Source: an uncultured bacterium
GTDB lineage: Bacteria; Eisenbacteria; RBG-16-71-46; CAIMUX01
Reading direction: 5' to 3'
Assembly (NCBI GenBank): GCA_964371055.1
Contig: CAYJLF010000016.1
Location: forward strand, 72,628 to 136,627
Length of the DNA stretch: 64,000 nt
Shown here: one piece after another, positions 9,506 through 20,413 of the stretch
Layout: the number at the start of each line of letters is the position of its first letter
Numbering within the stretch: the stretch's first letter is position 1
Translations under genes and position numbers: made by a program
Notes under the pieces: model-generated
Databases searched by the model: none
What the model was told of the DNA's origin: nothing
Seen by the model: only the letters and a program-made list of their open reading frames with translations

Positions 9506-10765
9506 TCAACCGTCTCCCCCACCCGACTCCGCCAATGCCCAACTCGCGATCGACCTGGAGTCGCTCCCCGCCTCGCCGGGTCGCAACACCCTCGAGGAGG
9601 CGCCGATCGGAGCACAGAACCCCGGATCGCTCGCGGCGACGAGAAGCGCCACCGTACGGCGGCCGTAGGCGGCGGCGAGGTGCACGACGCCTGAGTCGTG
9701 ACCGATCACCGCCGTCGCACCGCTGAGGAGACCACAGACCTCACCGAGCAAAGATCCGACCAGGACCGTGGCGCGCCCGTGATCCCCGCTCGTTCCATCC
9801 CTGCCCGGCGGATTGCCCGTGCCTCTGGTCCTCGCCAGCACCCTCGCTCCGCCTGATCGCACGCGCTCGCAGAGCTCCGCCTCGCTCGAGGAACCGACCA
9901 CCACCGTCTGCGCCCCGGCGGAGAGCACGGCTCCCGCGATCTCGACGAAGAGCTCCTCCGGCCATCGTTTCTCCGGCCAGCCGGCTCCGGGGGCCAGAAC
10001 GATGACCGGCTCTTCGGAGTCGAGGCCGCACGCTCTGCAGGCCGCGGGAAAGGAGAGCGACGGATCCGGAGGACGCACGTCCGCCGGCAGGCCGATTCCC
10101 GGAAGGATGCGTTCCAGCACACCGAACGGCTGCTCGCGCAGATGCGTCACGGCAGGGAGAACTCTCCCCCCGGCGGAATAGAGCCAGCCCACCTCATCCC
10201 CCGCGAAGCCGAGCGACCACCGCGGGCGGAGGAGGAAGGTGAAGAGCGCGGAGTAGCGATTCCCGGTCAGGTCGATCACCAGATCGAATCGGCGATCCCG
10301 CAGTGAGGCGGCGCGACGGAAGAGCCCCGTCCAGGTCGCTCTCTCCCGATGCCGGTCGCTGGTAATCTCAGGGGCGGACACCACACATTCCGCGGGGACG
10401 AATCCGCGCCACAGGTCGACGGCGTGCGGCTTGGTGATCACGGTGATCGCGGCGTTCGGCCAGGCCGACCGAAGCGCCGGGATCACCTGGGCGGCCCAGA
10501 GCGTGTCGCCGATCCAGTGACAGGCGATGATGGCGAGAGAACGGGGCGGATCGAACGGCGGCGTCTTCGCGAAGTAGGCGGGCCCCGCCCACAGACGCGC
10601 GAGGGGCCAGGCCAGGCGCGTCACCGGGCCCAGCCAACGTTTGACTGCGGTCCGGACGCCGCGGGGCACCACGGAGCGGGACGGAGCTACGGTCCACGCG
10701 CCCGGACTTCTGCGGCCCGCCTCGCATCGCATCGACGCGGGCCCCACGAGCGGCCGACCCTTCAC
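9506..10765 (-). CDS. Glycosyltransferase family 9 (heptosyltransferase-like)
   Basis: 'HWIGDTLW...ALRSAWPNAAITV', 'LAPGAGWPEKRWP' and 'HDSGVVHLAAA'. ATGA overlap with the upstream GT4. Exact start uncertain. Confidence 0.85.
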   Translation of the reverse strand: MKGRPLVGPASMRCEAGRRSPGAWTVAPSRSVVPRGVRTAVKRWLGPVTRLAWPLARLWAGPAYFAKTPPFDPPRSLAIIACHWIGDTLWAAQVIPALRSAWPNAAITVITKPHAVDLWRGFVPAECVVSAPEITSDRHRERATWTGLFRRAASLRDRRFDLVIDLTGNRYSALFTFLLRPRWSLGFAGDEVGWLYSAGGRVLPAVTHLREQPFGVLERILPGIGLPADVRPPDPSLSFPAACRACGLDSEEPVIVLAPGAGWPEKRWPEELFVEIAGAVLSAGAQTVVVGSSSEAELCERVRSGGARVLARTRGTGNPPGRDGTSGDHGRATVLVGSLLGEVCGLLSGATAVIGHDSGVVHLAAAYGRRTVALLVAASDPGFCAPIGASSRVLRPGEAGSDSRSIASWALAESGGGDG

Positions 10766-12135
10766 CTTCGGCCATCCCTTTCGGCCGGTCGCCCGGATTC
10801 ATCCAGGACCGACGCGAGCAGCCGGTCGAGTTGCCGGGCCTGAAAGGCCCGGGTGTATTCCTCCGGCACGCGCGGCTCGAGGGCATCGAACTCCCCCCTC
10901 TCCCAACGAGAGAAGAGGTCGAGGAGATCATCGGCAATCGCCTCCGGGGCGTCGGCGGGGGGAAAGGCCACGACCGGGGCGTGGCGCAGCACCTTCACCG
11001 CTTCGCTCCCCGGCGGCACCAGGGCCAGGATCGGCCGCCCCGCCGCGACATACTCGAAGCTCTTGCCCGAAGCGACGTGCGTTCCTCCTCCCACGATGCT
11101 CAACAGCACGGCCGCCGAGCGCTGCACGCGGACCACTTCGTCGTGCGGGAGATAGCCCCGCTCCTCCAGCCGATCCGCCAGGCCGGCAGACAACGCCATC
11201 TCGCGGTGGCGACGCGCCAGGAACTCCGTCGTCCCGATCCGCCCCGCCACCACGATCCGCAGACGACGCGCCAGCGCGGAGCAACGCTCCCCCGCCATCC
11301 GCGTCGCCTGGAAGAATGCTTCCGGTGATCGTTCCTCGTTCAGCACGCCGGTATAGACAACCTCGAATCGATCGGCTCGCGGCGGGGTCGGTTCGCGGCG
11401 CCACGGCTCGTCGAGGTCGACGCCGTTCTCGATCACTTCCAGGCGCCCGGCCCGGCCGGGATACGCCTCCGCGTAGAGGTCGCGCATCCCGGAGGTCACG
11501 ACGATCGTTCGGGCCGCTGCCTGCAGCACCGATTCCTCCATGCGCTGATGTCGAAAGAGACGCGCGCCGAGGGCGCGATTCCCCGCGCACCACGGATCGC
11601 GCAGATCGGCCACGAACGGGATCCGCCACCGGAGCGCGAGAGCGCGCGCGGCGAGAAGCGTCGAGTAGGGACTGCCGGTCGCGAGGATGACAGGCCAGCG
11701 TCGGCCGCGGGCGCCGAACTCGCGCCCGACGCGCTCCGCCCATCCCTGGCTTGGATCGGCGGCCTGGCGCGCCCACCACCAGCGCCGCAGAGACCGCGCC
11801 GGCTCGGGCCAACCGCCCGCGATCTCCTCCGGAGCGAGTGAGGCGAGCCAACGTTCGAAGCCGATTCGGCCCGGCGCCAGCGCTCCCCGCGGCGGCTCGG
11901 CCGGTCGCTCCGCGCTCTCGATCCGGCATAGCTCAACGTCGCCGGGGATCTCGTGCAGGAGCGACGCATCGTGGAGCCCGTGCAGCGTGCGATAAAGGGA
12001 GGCCTGGGTGGTCACGACCGTGATCCTCCAGCCCAGGCGACTCAGGTACTTCACGAACTTCACCGACCGCTGGACTCCGCCGCCGCCCGCGGGCGGGAAG
12101 GTGTGCGCCAGGAAGAGGAGCCTCCGTTCAGCCAT
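10762..12135 (-). CDS. Glycosyltransferase family 4
   Basis: 'LLFLAHTFPPAGGGGVQRSVKFVKYL', 'FVADLRDPW', 'VYTG' and 'SGKSFEY.AAGRPILA'. Confidence 0.85.
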   Translation of the reverse strand: MAERRLLFLAHTFPPAGGGGVQRSVKFVKYLSRLGWRITVVTTQASLYRTLHGLHDASLLHEIPGDVELCRIESAERPAEPPRGALAPGRIGFERWLASLAPEEIAGGWPEPARSLRRWWWARQAADPSQGWAERVGREFGARGRRWPVILATGSPYSTLLAARALALRWRIPFVADLRDPWCAGNRALGARLFRHQRMEESVLQAAARTIVVTSGMRDLYAEAYPGRAGRLEVIENGVDLDEPWRREPTPPRADRFEVVYTGVLNEERSPEAFFQATRMAGERCSALARRLRIVVAGRIGTTEFLARRHREMALSAGLADRLEERGYLPHDEVVRVQRSAAVLLSIVGGGTHVASGKSFEYVAAGRPILALVPPGSEAVKVLRHAPVVAFPPADAPEAIADDLLDLFSRWERGEFDALEPRVPEEYTRAFQARQLDRLLASVLDESGRPAERDGRR

Positions 12136-12470
12136 GGCTGCACACCGGCCCGCGATGAGGGCCGCTGAATCGCCGCATCGCCCCGTTGGCCTTGCCGGCA
12201 TTCCGCTCTTCACTCGCCACCCGCGTCATTGGAGGAGAGATTACCACCTGCCTGGCCTGGATGCAGGAGAGGGAGTCATCCAACCACGTCCTCCATCCAC
12301 CGCATCAGACCCGTGCATCGGGCTTAGCCCCGGGAGGATCTTCCTTAGCCGTGCGAGGTCGAAAATCGTTGGAGCGACACAGGATCCCCGCCGATCCCGA
12401 AACCGTGACGAACGAGCGTTCCCGGACGCCCGGGCTCCGGGGGATGAACCGATCGTGGGGGAGGCGGTCC

Positions 12471-14027
12471 ATGATGAGCAGTGACCCAACGAGTGAAGTG
12501 GCGATCATCACCGAAGGTGAAGTCGACGTTTCCAGCGCGACGGCGGGCGACCGGCGTGCGCATGCGGCGAAGTCCGTCTCCCCCGCCCTCACGGCGGTCC
12601 CCACACCATCGATCCTCGGCGCCGAGGACAAATGGATCGGTGACTGCATCCCGATCGACGGCGGTCATCCTCCGCTCGTCGCGAGGTTGGATCGACTCCG
12701 CTCGTCCGTCGCGGCCCGGTCGATCAGCCTCATGGTCCCGACGGCTGGGGACGAATCGCTGAGAGTGCTGGCCACCTCGAGCTCCAGGCCGCTGCCGGCG
12801 CAGGGACTCCGCGTCCAACCCGGCGACGGTGCGGCGGGCACCGCCTACTCCGAGGCGCGCTTCGAGTGCCGCCGTGGCATCGTGCCCGTCTTCGCCGAAG
12901 AGATCGACCGGCCGCGCCACCGGATCGCGGCCAGCACCCCGATCGTCGGCTGGGGGCGCGTCATCGGAGTGCTGAGCGCCAACATCGACACCACGGAGGA
13001 AGTCCCCGACGAGCGGATCCGGCAGGAACTCGAGCGTGGCGCCGGCGACGCGGCGCGGCTGATGCTCGGCGCCATCGACTTCCGCAGGATCGCCTCCGAT
13101 GTCCATGCGCACCTCGTCCCGCGCATCGTGGATCTCCTGCTCTCGATGGACGAATCTCTCCCCCTGCGGATCGCCGGCGTGACCGAGGTCCTTCACCGGG
13201 CCCTCGATTCCGAGCGAGGCCGATTCTATGTCGTCGATCGACTGCGCAACCGCGTCCACCCCGTTGACCAGGCGACGGACGGAGGGATCCTGAACCTGGA
13301 TTCGCTCCCGGTCGACCGCGGCATCCTGCGCCAGATCCTGCGTGCCCGCGAACCACAGCTCCTGGAGTTCGTCCCCGCGGATCATGACGTGCCCATCGGA
13401 CTCCTCTGCCAGCCGGTTCATGTGGTCCATCCCTTCGGGCTGATCACGTTGGAGGGCGTGCCCTTGGCCGGCGAGCGCCGGGAACACGCCTTGCGCCTCT
13501 TGCGCGAGACCATCGAACAGGTCGAAGAAGTCATCCAGATCGAAGACCAGGTCGCGGCACAGGATCTGACGCACGAACTGGAGATGCGCATCGCCGATCA
13601 GGCGAGCCGCGTCGCCGGACTCCCGGTCCCGATCGGCCTGCAGGTCGCTCTCTCCCTCGCCATCGACCTGATGGCAGCGGAGATCGCGCTGTGGGTCCCC
13701 TCCACCTCCGGGCGCCCCGTCTCCACGCCGCCGGAATCCCCGCAGGCGGCCCGGATCCTGGCGACGGCCTGGGAGAACCTCGACCCCCTGCTCGAGCACA
13801 CCAGGAGAGAGACTCTCGCGGAAGGGTTGCTTCCTCTCGACGCCTCCGTCCCCGGTACGCCTCCGGTCCGGGTCCCCTACCTCGGCGTGCTCGAGTCGAA
13901 GGGGCGCGGAACGCTGTTCGTCTTCTTCCCTCCGGAAGAAATCGCCGGTGTGCTGGCGCAGGTCTCCTCGGATGTCCTCTCGCGCGCGCTGCACCGCCTG
14001 GCGGAACTGATCCCAGGCGGCGACTGA
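12471..14027 (+). CDS. GAF domain-containing protein with no recognisable output domain
   Basis: ATG 12471 after GGGGAGG. GAF-like segments 'LRVQPGDGAAG..Y...ASTPIVGWGRVIGVLS' and 'PVDRGILRQIL...LLCQPV...FGLITLE'. Confidence 0.6.
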   Translation: MMSSDPTSEVAIITEGEVDVSSATAGDRRAHAAKSVSPALTAVPTPSILGAEDKWIGDCIPIDGGHPPLVARLDRLRSSVAARSISLMVPTAGDESLRVLATSSSRPLPAQGLRVQPGDGAAGTAYSEARFECRRGIVPVFAEEIDRPRHRIAASTPIVGWGRVIGVLSANIDTTEEVPDERIRQELERGAGDAARLMLGAIDFRRIASDVHAHLVPRIVDLLLSMDESLPLRIAGVTEVLHRALDSERGRFYVVDRLRNRVHPVDQATDGGILNLDSLPVDRGILRQILRAREPQLLEFVPADHDVPIGLLCQPVHVVHPFGLITLEGVPLAGERREHALRLLRETIEQVEEVIQIEDQVAAQDLTHELEMRIADQASRVAGLPVPIGLQVALSLAIDLMAAEIALWVPSTSGRPVSTPPESPQAARILATAWENLDPLLEHTRRETLAEGLLPLDASVPGTPPVRVPYLGVLESKGRGTLFVFFPPEEIAGVLAQVSSDVLSRALHRLAELIPGGD

Positions 14028-14163
14028 CGCCGTTCGCGCCAAGTGCCCGGGCGAGAGACGCCCCGTCGCCCGGGCCGGGCCGCAGGCCGTTGAGGTGGAA
14101 CGATCGCCCCCCCCTCCTTCGGCGATCGCCCCGGCTCTTCATGCTCTATACTCCGGTCCTGTC

Positions 14164-15252
14164 ATGACAGCTCCACGCGCCATCTTTCATCTCATCAGCA
14201 CGCTCGAGGCGGGTGGCGCGCAGACTCTGCTTCTGGCCACCCTGCCGCGACTCGACCCGGAGCGGTTCCGCCCGATCATCGGCTACCTGTGGGGACACGC
14301 CGAAGCCCTGGAGGGCCCGGGGCTGCGGGTCGTCGACTTCTCCCGCGGCGGCGCCTTCGATCCACGCGCGCTCTGGCGGGTCGCCGCCTTCCTCCGGCGG
14401 GAGCGCATCGAGATCGTCCACACCCATCTCGTGCATGCCGGCATCCTCGGTCGTCTCGCGGCGAGGATGGCAGGCGTGCCCCGCATCGTGACGACACGTC
14501 ACTACGCGGACGATCCCAAGGAGCGATCCCTCGCCTACCGGCTGGAGAACCGGCTGACACGAAGCTCGGATCGGGTGATCGCGGTGTCGGAGAGTGTGCG
14601 CCGTTACCTCATCGACCGGGGAATCGCGCCGGCCGATCGCACCGTCCTCCTCACCAACGGCATCGACCTCGACCGGTTCGATCCGAAGGTCGTCGCGAAA
14701 ACGCCCCCTCCCACCGGAATCATCGGCTCGGCCGGACGCCTGCGGCCGCAGAAGGGATTCGACGTGCTGCTGTGTGCCTTCGCCCAGCTGCACGGGTCGC
14801 ATCCGAACACGATCCTCGAGATCGCCGGGGAAGGGCCGGAACGCGGCGTTCTCGTCGCGCTCGCCCGCGAGCTGGGGATCGCCTCGTCGGTGCGTTTCCT
14901 CGGCGCCGTCCCGCCCGAGGCGATGCCACGACAATACCGCCGCTGGGACCTCTTTCTGCTCGCCTCGCGGTACGAGGCGTTCGGACTCGTCGCCCTCGAG
15001 GCGATGGCGATGGAGGTCCCCGTCGTCGCCACCAGAGCTGGAGGCCTGACGGAACTGCTCGAAGACGACGTCACCGGACTCCTCGTCTATCGGGAGGACC
15101 CCTCCGGGCTGGCTCGGGCGGCCCTCCGTCTTCTCGATCATCCGGACGAGGCGGCCGCGATCGCCGCCCGGGCCCGGGCCTGGGTGCTCGCGCACGGGTC
15201 GGTCCGGACGTCCGTCGAAGGACTGCAGGAGATCTACGACGGGCTGAGGTGA
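14164..15252 (+). CDS. Glycosyltransferase family 4
   Basis: 'HLISTLEAGGAQ', 'GRLRPQKGFDVL' and 'SRYEAFGLVALEAMAMEVPVVATRAGG' (E-x7-E). Confidence 0.92.
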   Translation: MTAPRAIFHLISTLEAGGAQTLLLATLPRLDPERFRPIIGYLWGHAEALEGPGLRVVDFSRGGAFDPRALWRVAAFLRRERIEIVHTHLVHAGILGRLAARMAGVPRIVTTRHYADDPKERSLAYRLENRLTRSSDRVIAVSESVRRYLIDRGIAPADRTVLLTNGIDLDRFDPKVVAKTPPPTGIIGSAGRLRPQKGFDVLLCAFAQLHGSHPNTILEIAGEGPERGVLVALARELGIASSVRFLGAVPPEAMPRQYRRWDLFLLASRYEAFGLVALEAMAMEVPVVATRAGGLTELLEDDVTGLLVYREDPSGLARAALRLLDHPDEAAAIAARARAWVLAHGSVRTSVEGLQEIYDGLR

Positions 15253-15321
15253 CGGCGAGCAGGGCCCACCCCGCGCTGGCGTCTCCCGACCAACGCCGGT
15301 ATGATCCCGACCGAGGAGCGG

Positions 15322-16866
<1,545 letters not shown>

Positions 16867-16913
16867 GATCTCTCGGCGGAACAGCGACCGACCCGCTGGG
16901 GTATACTTCGCTC

Positions 16914-19900
16914 GTGACCCTGACGACTCCATCGCGATCCCTGCCGGCGACGGTCCATCGGACGGCCTGGACGCTGGCCGTCGTCGTCATCCTCGCGGCA
17001 GGTCCAGCCCAGGCCTGGTCTAAACCCTGGCCGGCCGCGGACCGCAGCGGCTGGATGACCGAGTTCGGCGCTCCTGAACCGGATGGGATGATCTGCGCCC
17101 TCGGCGAATACCAGGGCGCTCTCATCATCGCCGGCGAGTTCACGATCCTGGAAGACACGCCCCTCTGGCACATCGCGCGCTGGGATGGCGAGCGATTCGA
17201 CCCGCTCGAAAGGGGCTTGAACGGGCCTGTTCGCGCGCTGGCCACCTATCGCGGGGACCTCATCGCTGCCGGCGACTTCACCGCGGCGGGCGAGGTAGCC
17301 GTCTCCTGCATCGCCCGGTGGGATGGAACCGAGTGGCATCCACTGGGCCGGGGATCCGACATCCCGATCCTGACGGTCGCAGTCGTGGGAGACACCCTCT
17401 TCGCCGGCGGGCCCTTCGGCGCGGAGTTCGGCACGCCGGCCCGCGCCGTGCGTGCCTGGGACGGCGTCCAATGGAGGGACGCGGGCTTCGATGAGTCGGT
17501 TCCCGTCAGCGAGGGATACGTCCACCAGCTCCTCGCGTTCGACGGCCGCCTGGTCGCCTGGTGGGACAATGACCGGCTCCACCCCGACTACGATGACGTG
17601 CCGAGCGGCGTCTTCCACCTGGCAGGCGAGCGGATCGCCGGTCGATGGCGGCAGATGCCGGAGGAGTATCCCGGCGAGTGGTTTCTCGATCACTTCCAGC
17701 CCGACGCGCTCCTGGTTCAGGATGGCCGACTCTATGCCGTCGGCGAACTCGGCTACGGACACCTCCTCGTCGAGTGGGACGGCCGCTCGTGGCGCCAGCT
17801 CGCCTCTCCCGGGCCCTACACTACGGCGAGCCTGGGCTTCTGGCGTGGTCAGCTTCTCGTCAGCACGGACGATCGACTCCACCGATGGACTGGATCCAAC
17901 CTCGAGCTCATGACCCCGCTCGATCTCTACCCGTCCACGCTCCACGCCTGGCGTGAGGATCTGTGGACGGCGGGGCGATACGCTCTCGCGCCCGGCTCTC
18001 CGCAGCCAGCGCTCTTTCGCTGGGACGGGACGATCTGGACGCACTACGGAAGACGCGAGGGGCTGGGGCTGTGCGGGGAAAACGAACCCTTCGTCGCCTC
18101 CCTCGCGATCTCGGGTCGTGCTCCGGCCGTCTACGGCCGCTTCGATCGCGCCGGAGGGGTCGCCTGCACCGATCTGATCGTGCGCGATGGCCACGGGTGG
18201 CAGCGCCGTCACACAGAGCGGCGGCAGCGGGCCGCGCCTGGATCGGCCCACTCCCTCTGGAGCCATGGGCCATGGCTCTACTTCGGCATCTACAGCAGCT
18301 TCGACGGTCCGTTCCTGATGCGCAGCTCTTCCGAGCAGGCCGAGGGGGTGTCAGGACTGGGCGCTACGCCGGTCGTGATCCATAACTGGGACGGCCGGCT
18401 CTTCATCGGCGGCCCGTTCACCCGACCGGCCCCCAGCTACATCGTCGAACGTGTCCCGGGAGACTGGCACTCGCCCCGGGGCGGACTGAATGGACCGGTC
18501 GAGGCCCTCTGTACCTATCGAGGAGTGCTCGTGGCAGGCGGATCGTTCACCGCGAGCATTCGGGAGACCGCTCCGTTGCGCTCGATCGCGTGCTGGGACG
18601 GGTGGAGGTGGTTCGACCTCGGCGGCGGCCTGCCGGATCCGGTCACGGCGCTCGCGCCCTTCCGCGGCGGGCTGGCGGCGGCCTGCACTCTGCCGGGAGA
18701 CTCCCTCGATCCCGGCTTCGATTCCGCCCGCCCGGCGCGCGGAGCGGTCTTCTGGTTCGACGGATCGGCGTGGCAGCCGCTCGGCGCAGCGTTCAACGGA
18801 CGCGTGCGCGATCTCGAGGTCTTCCACGGGCGGCTGATCGCCGCGGGGGACTTCACCCTCGCGCCCGGCCGGGGTGCCGTCGCCGCCCTCGAAGAGGGAG
18901 ATTGGGTCGCGATCGGAGAGGGGATGAACGGACCGGCGAACGCCCTCCTGGCGCATGACGACACGCTCTGGGTCGGCGGCCGGTTCACCGCCGCCGGATC
19001 GACCATCTCGGCACGGCTCGCCGGGTGGATCGAACCAACCGTTCCGCTCGAGGACTTCCTCGTCGAGCTGGCCGGCACACCCCGCTCCGGATCAGAAGCC
19101 ACCGCTGCGGACTCGGCCGGTCCGGTGCTTCCCCCAGACTCTCCCCGCGCGCGTGTGTCGTTCCGCCTGCCCGATGACCCGCGCTTCGATCGCGCCTTCC
19201 TGCGCACATCTTCGACCGGCTTTCCGGCCGACCCGGAGGAGGGAGATCCCCTTCGCCCCGGCACCGACGGTTCCTTCGACGGTGGGCCGGGAGATCGGGT
19301 GAGTCATGAGTTTCAGGTCGCCGAGGGGACCACGCTCTACATCGCAGGATTCGCGGCCGATCTCGATGGACAGGTCTCCCGGCCAAGCCGGTCGATCCTC
19401 CACGTCCCCGATCAGACCCCTCCCTGGTTCTCGGCTAACATCCGGCGCCTGCCGTCTCTCGGATCGGGCGCGATCAGGTTCCAGATCGACGCGCTTTGCC
19501 CCGAACCACCGCCGCCGCCGGGGCCGAGCGCCCGGTTCGGGGACGAGGTGACCCTGCTGGAGCGGCCGACCGGCGATCCGTTCGCCTGGTTCGGCGTCGT
19601 CGCCCGTCCGCCTTCGGCTCAGGGCGAGGCGGTCCTGATCTCGGTCGCGGACAGCGTGGGTAATGTCACCACCGCGATCTCCCGATGGGCGGCGGCGCCG
19701 GTCTTCGCCCAGGCGGGCGGGCGATGCACCTTCGATGACGCCACCTGGGTGGAGTATCGCGAGGATGTCGTCCATGACCCCGCCTGGCTGACCATCGTCG
19801 GCCAACCGGAATCTGCCGGGTTCGATCTCGACAGACTCGGAGCTTGGCACATCGCCCTCAATGAAGAGCCACGGCACCCGCTCCTCCTCTTCCACCGACC

Positions 19901-20345
19901 GTCATCACGTTCGACCCGCTCGATCGACCTCAGCCGCCTGGCCCTGGCAGCGCCTCACGGCGAGCGTCTGGCGGGCACGTTCGACTCCGACATCGGTGTC
20001 ATCTGGTTCTGGATCGATCGTAATGGCGACTATCGACTGGTCCGGAACGACACCCCGACCAGTTCACCCGCTGATCCCCATCTTCTCCGGCTCGAGGGTC
20101 CGTTTCCCAATCCGTCCTATCGCACGATCACCGTCCGCTGGGAGGTGGCAGCTCGACAACCGGTGCACTTCGAGCTCTTCGATGTCGCGGGGCGTCGCGT
20201 GGCACGGCTCTTCGACGGGCTCTCGGGGCCGGGACCCCAGACGTTCACCTGGTCCCCGTCCGTCGACCTGCCGGCCGGCATCTACTTCGGCCGGGTCCGG
20301 ACCGAGAACTCCGAGCGCAGCGTGCGGCTGGTCTGGAGGCCGTGA
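16914..20345 (+). CDS. Large secreted beta-propeller-repeat protein with C-terminal FlgD-Ig/T9SS-like domain
   Basis: GTG 16914 and signal peptide. Repeated 'G[LM]NGPV.AL......L..[AG]G.FT.......IA.WDG..W..LG.G' blades. CTD 'GPFPNPS...FDVAGRRVARL...PAGIYFGR'. Confidence 0.8.
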   Translation: MTLTTPSRSLPATVHRTAWTLAVVVILAAGPAQAWSKPWPAADRSGWMTEFGAPEPDGMICALGEYQGALIIAGEFTILEDTPLWHIARWDGERFDPLERGLNGPVRALATYRGDLIAAGDFTAAGEVAVSCIARWDGTEWHPLGRGSDIPILTVAVVGDTLFAGGPFGAEFGTPARAVRAWDGVQWRDAGFDESVPVSEGYVHQLLAFDGRLVAWWDNDRLHPDYDDVPSGVFHLAGERIAGRWRQMPEEYPGEWFLDHFQPDALLVQDGRLYAVGELGYGHLLVEWDGRSWRQLASPGPYTTASLGFWRGQLLVSTDDRLHRWTGSNLELMTPLDLYPSTLHAWREDLWTAGRYALAPGSPQPALFRWDGTIWTHYGRREGLGLCGENEPFVASLAISGRAPAVYGRFDRAGGVACTDLIVRDGHGWQRRHTERRQRAAPGSAHSLWSHGPWLYFGIYSSFDGPFLMRSSSEQAEGVSGLGATPVVIHNWDGRLFIGGPFTRPAPSYIVERVPGDWHSPRGGLNGPVEALCTYRGVLVAGGSFTASIRETAPLRSIACWDGWRWFDLGGGLPDPVTALAPFRGGLAAACTLPGDSLDPGFDSARPARGAVFWFDGSAWQPLGAAFNGRVRDLEVFHGRLIAAGDFTLAPGRGAVAALEEGDWVAIGEGMNGPANALLAHDDTLWVGGRFTAAGSTISARLAGWIEPTVPLEDFLVELAGTPRSGSEATAADSAGPVLPPDSPRARVSFRLPDDPRFDRAFLRTSSTGFPADPEEGDPLRPGTDGSFDGGPGDRVSHEFQVAEGTTLYIAGFAADLDGQVSRPSRSILHVPDQTPPWFSANIRRLPSLGSGAIRFQIDALCPEPPPPPGPSARFGDEVTLLERPTGDPFAWFGVVARPPSAQGEAVLISVADSVGNVTTAISRWAAAPVFAQAGGRCTFDDATWVEYREDVVHDPAWLTIVGQPESAGFDLDRLGAWHIALNEEPRHPLLLFHRPSSRSTRSIDLSRLALAAPHGERLAGTFDSDIGVIWFWIDRNGDYRLVRNDTPTSSPADPHLLRLEGPFPNPSYRTITVRWEVAARQPVHFELFDVAGRRVARLFDGLSGPGPQTFTWSPSVDLPAGIYFGRVRTENSERSVRLVWRP

Positions 20346-20413
20346 TCGCGCGCCCGAGCCGTCCTCCAGCGTCGACCCGAGCAGCCGACAAGCCGCTCGG
20401 TCCGCTGGTGTCG

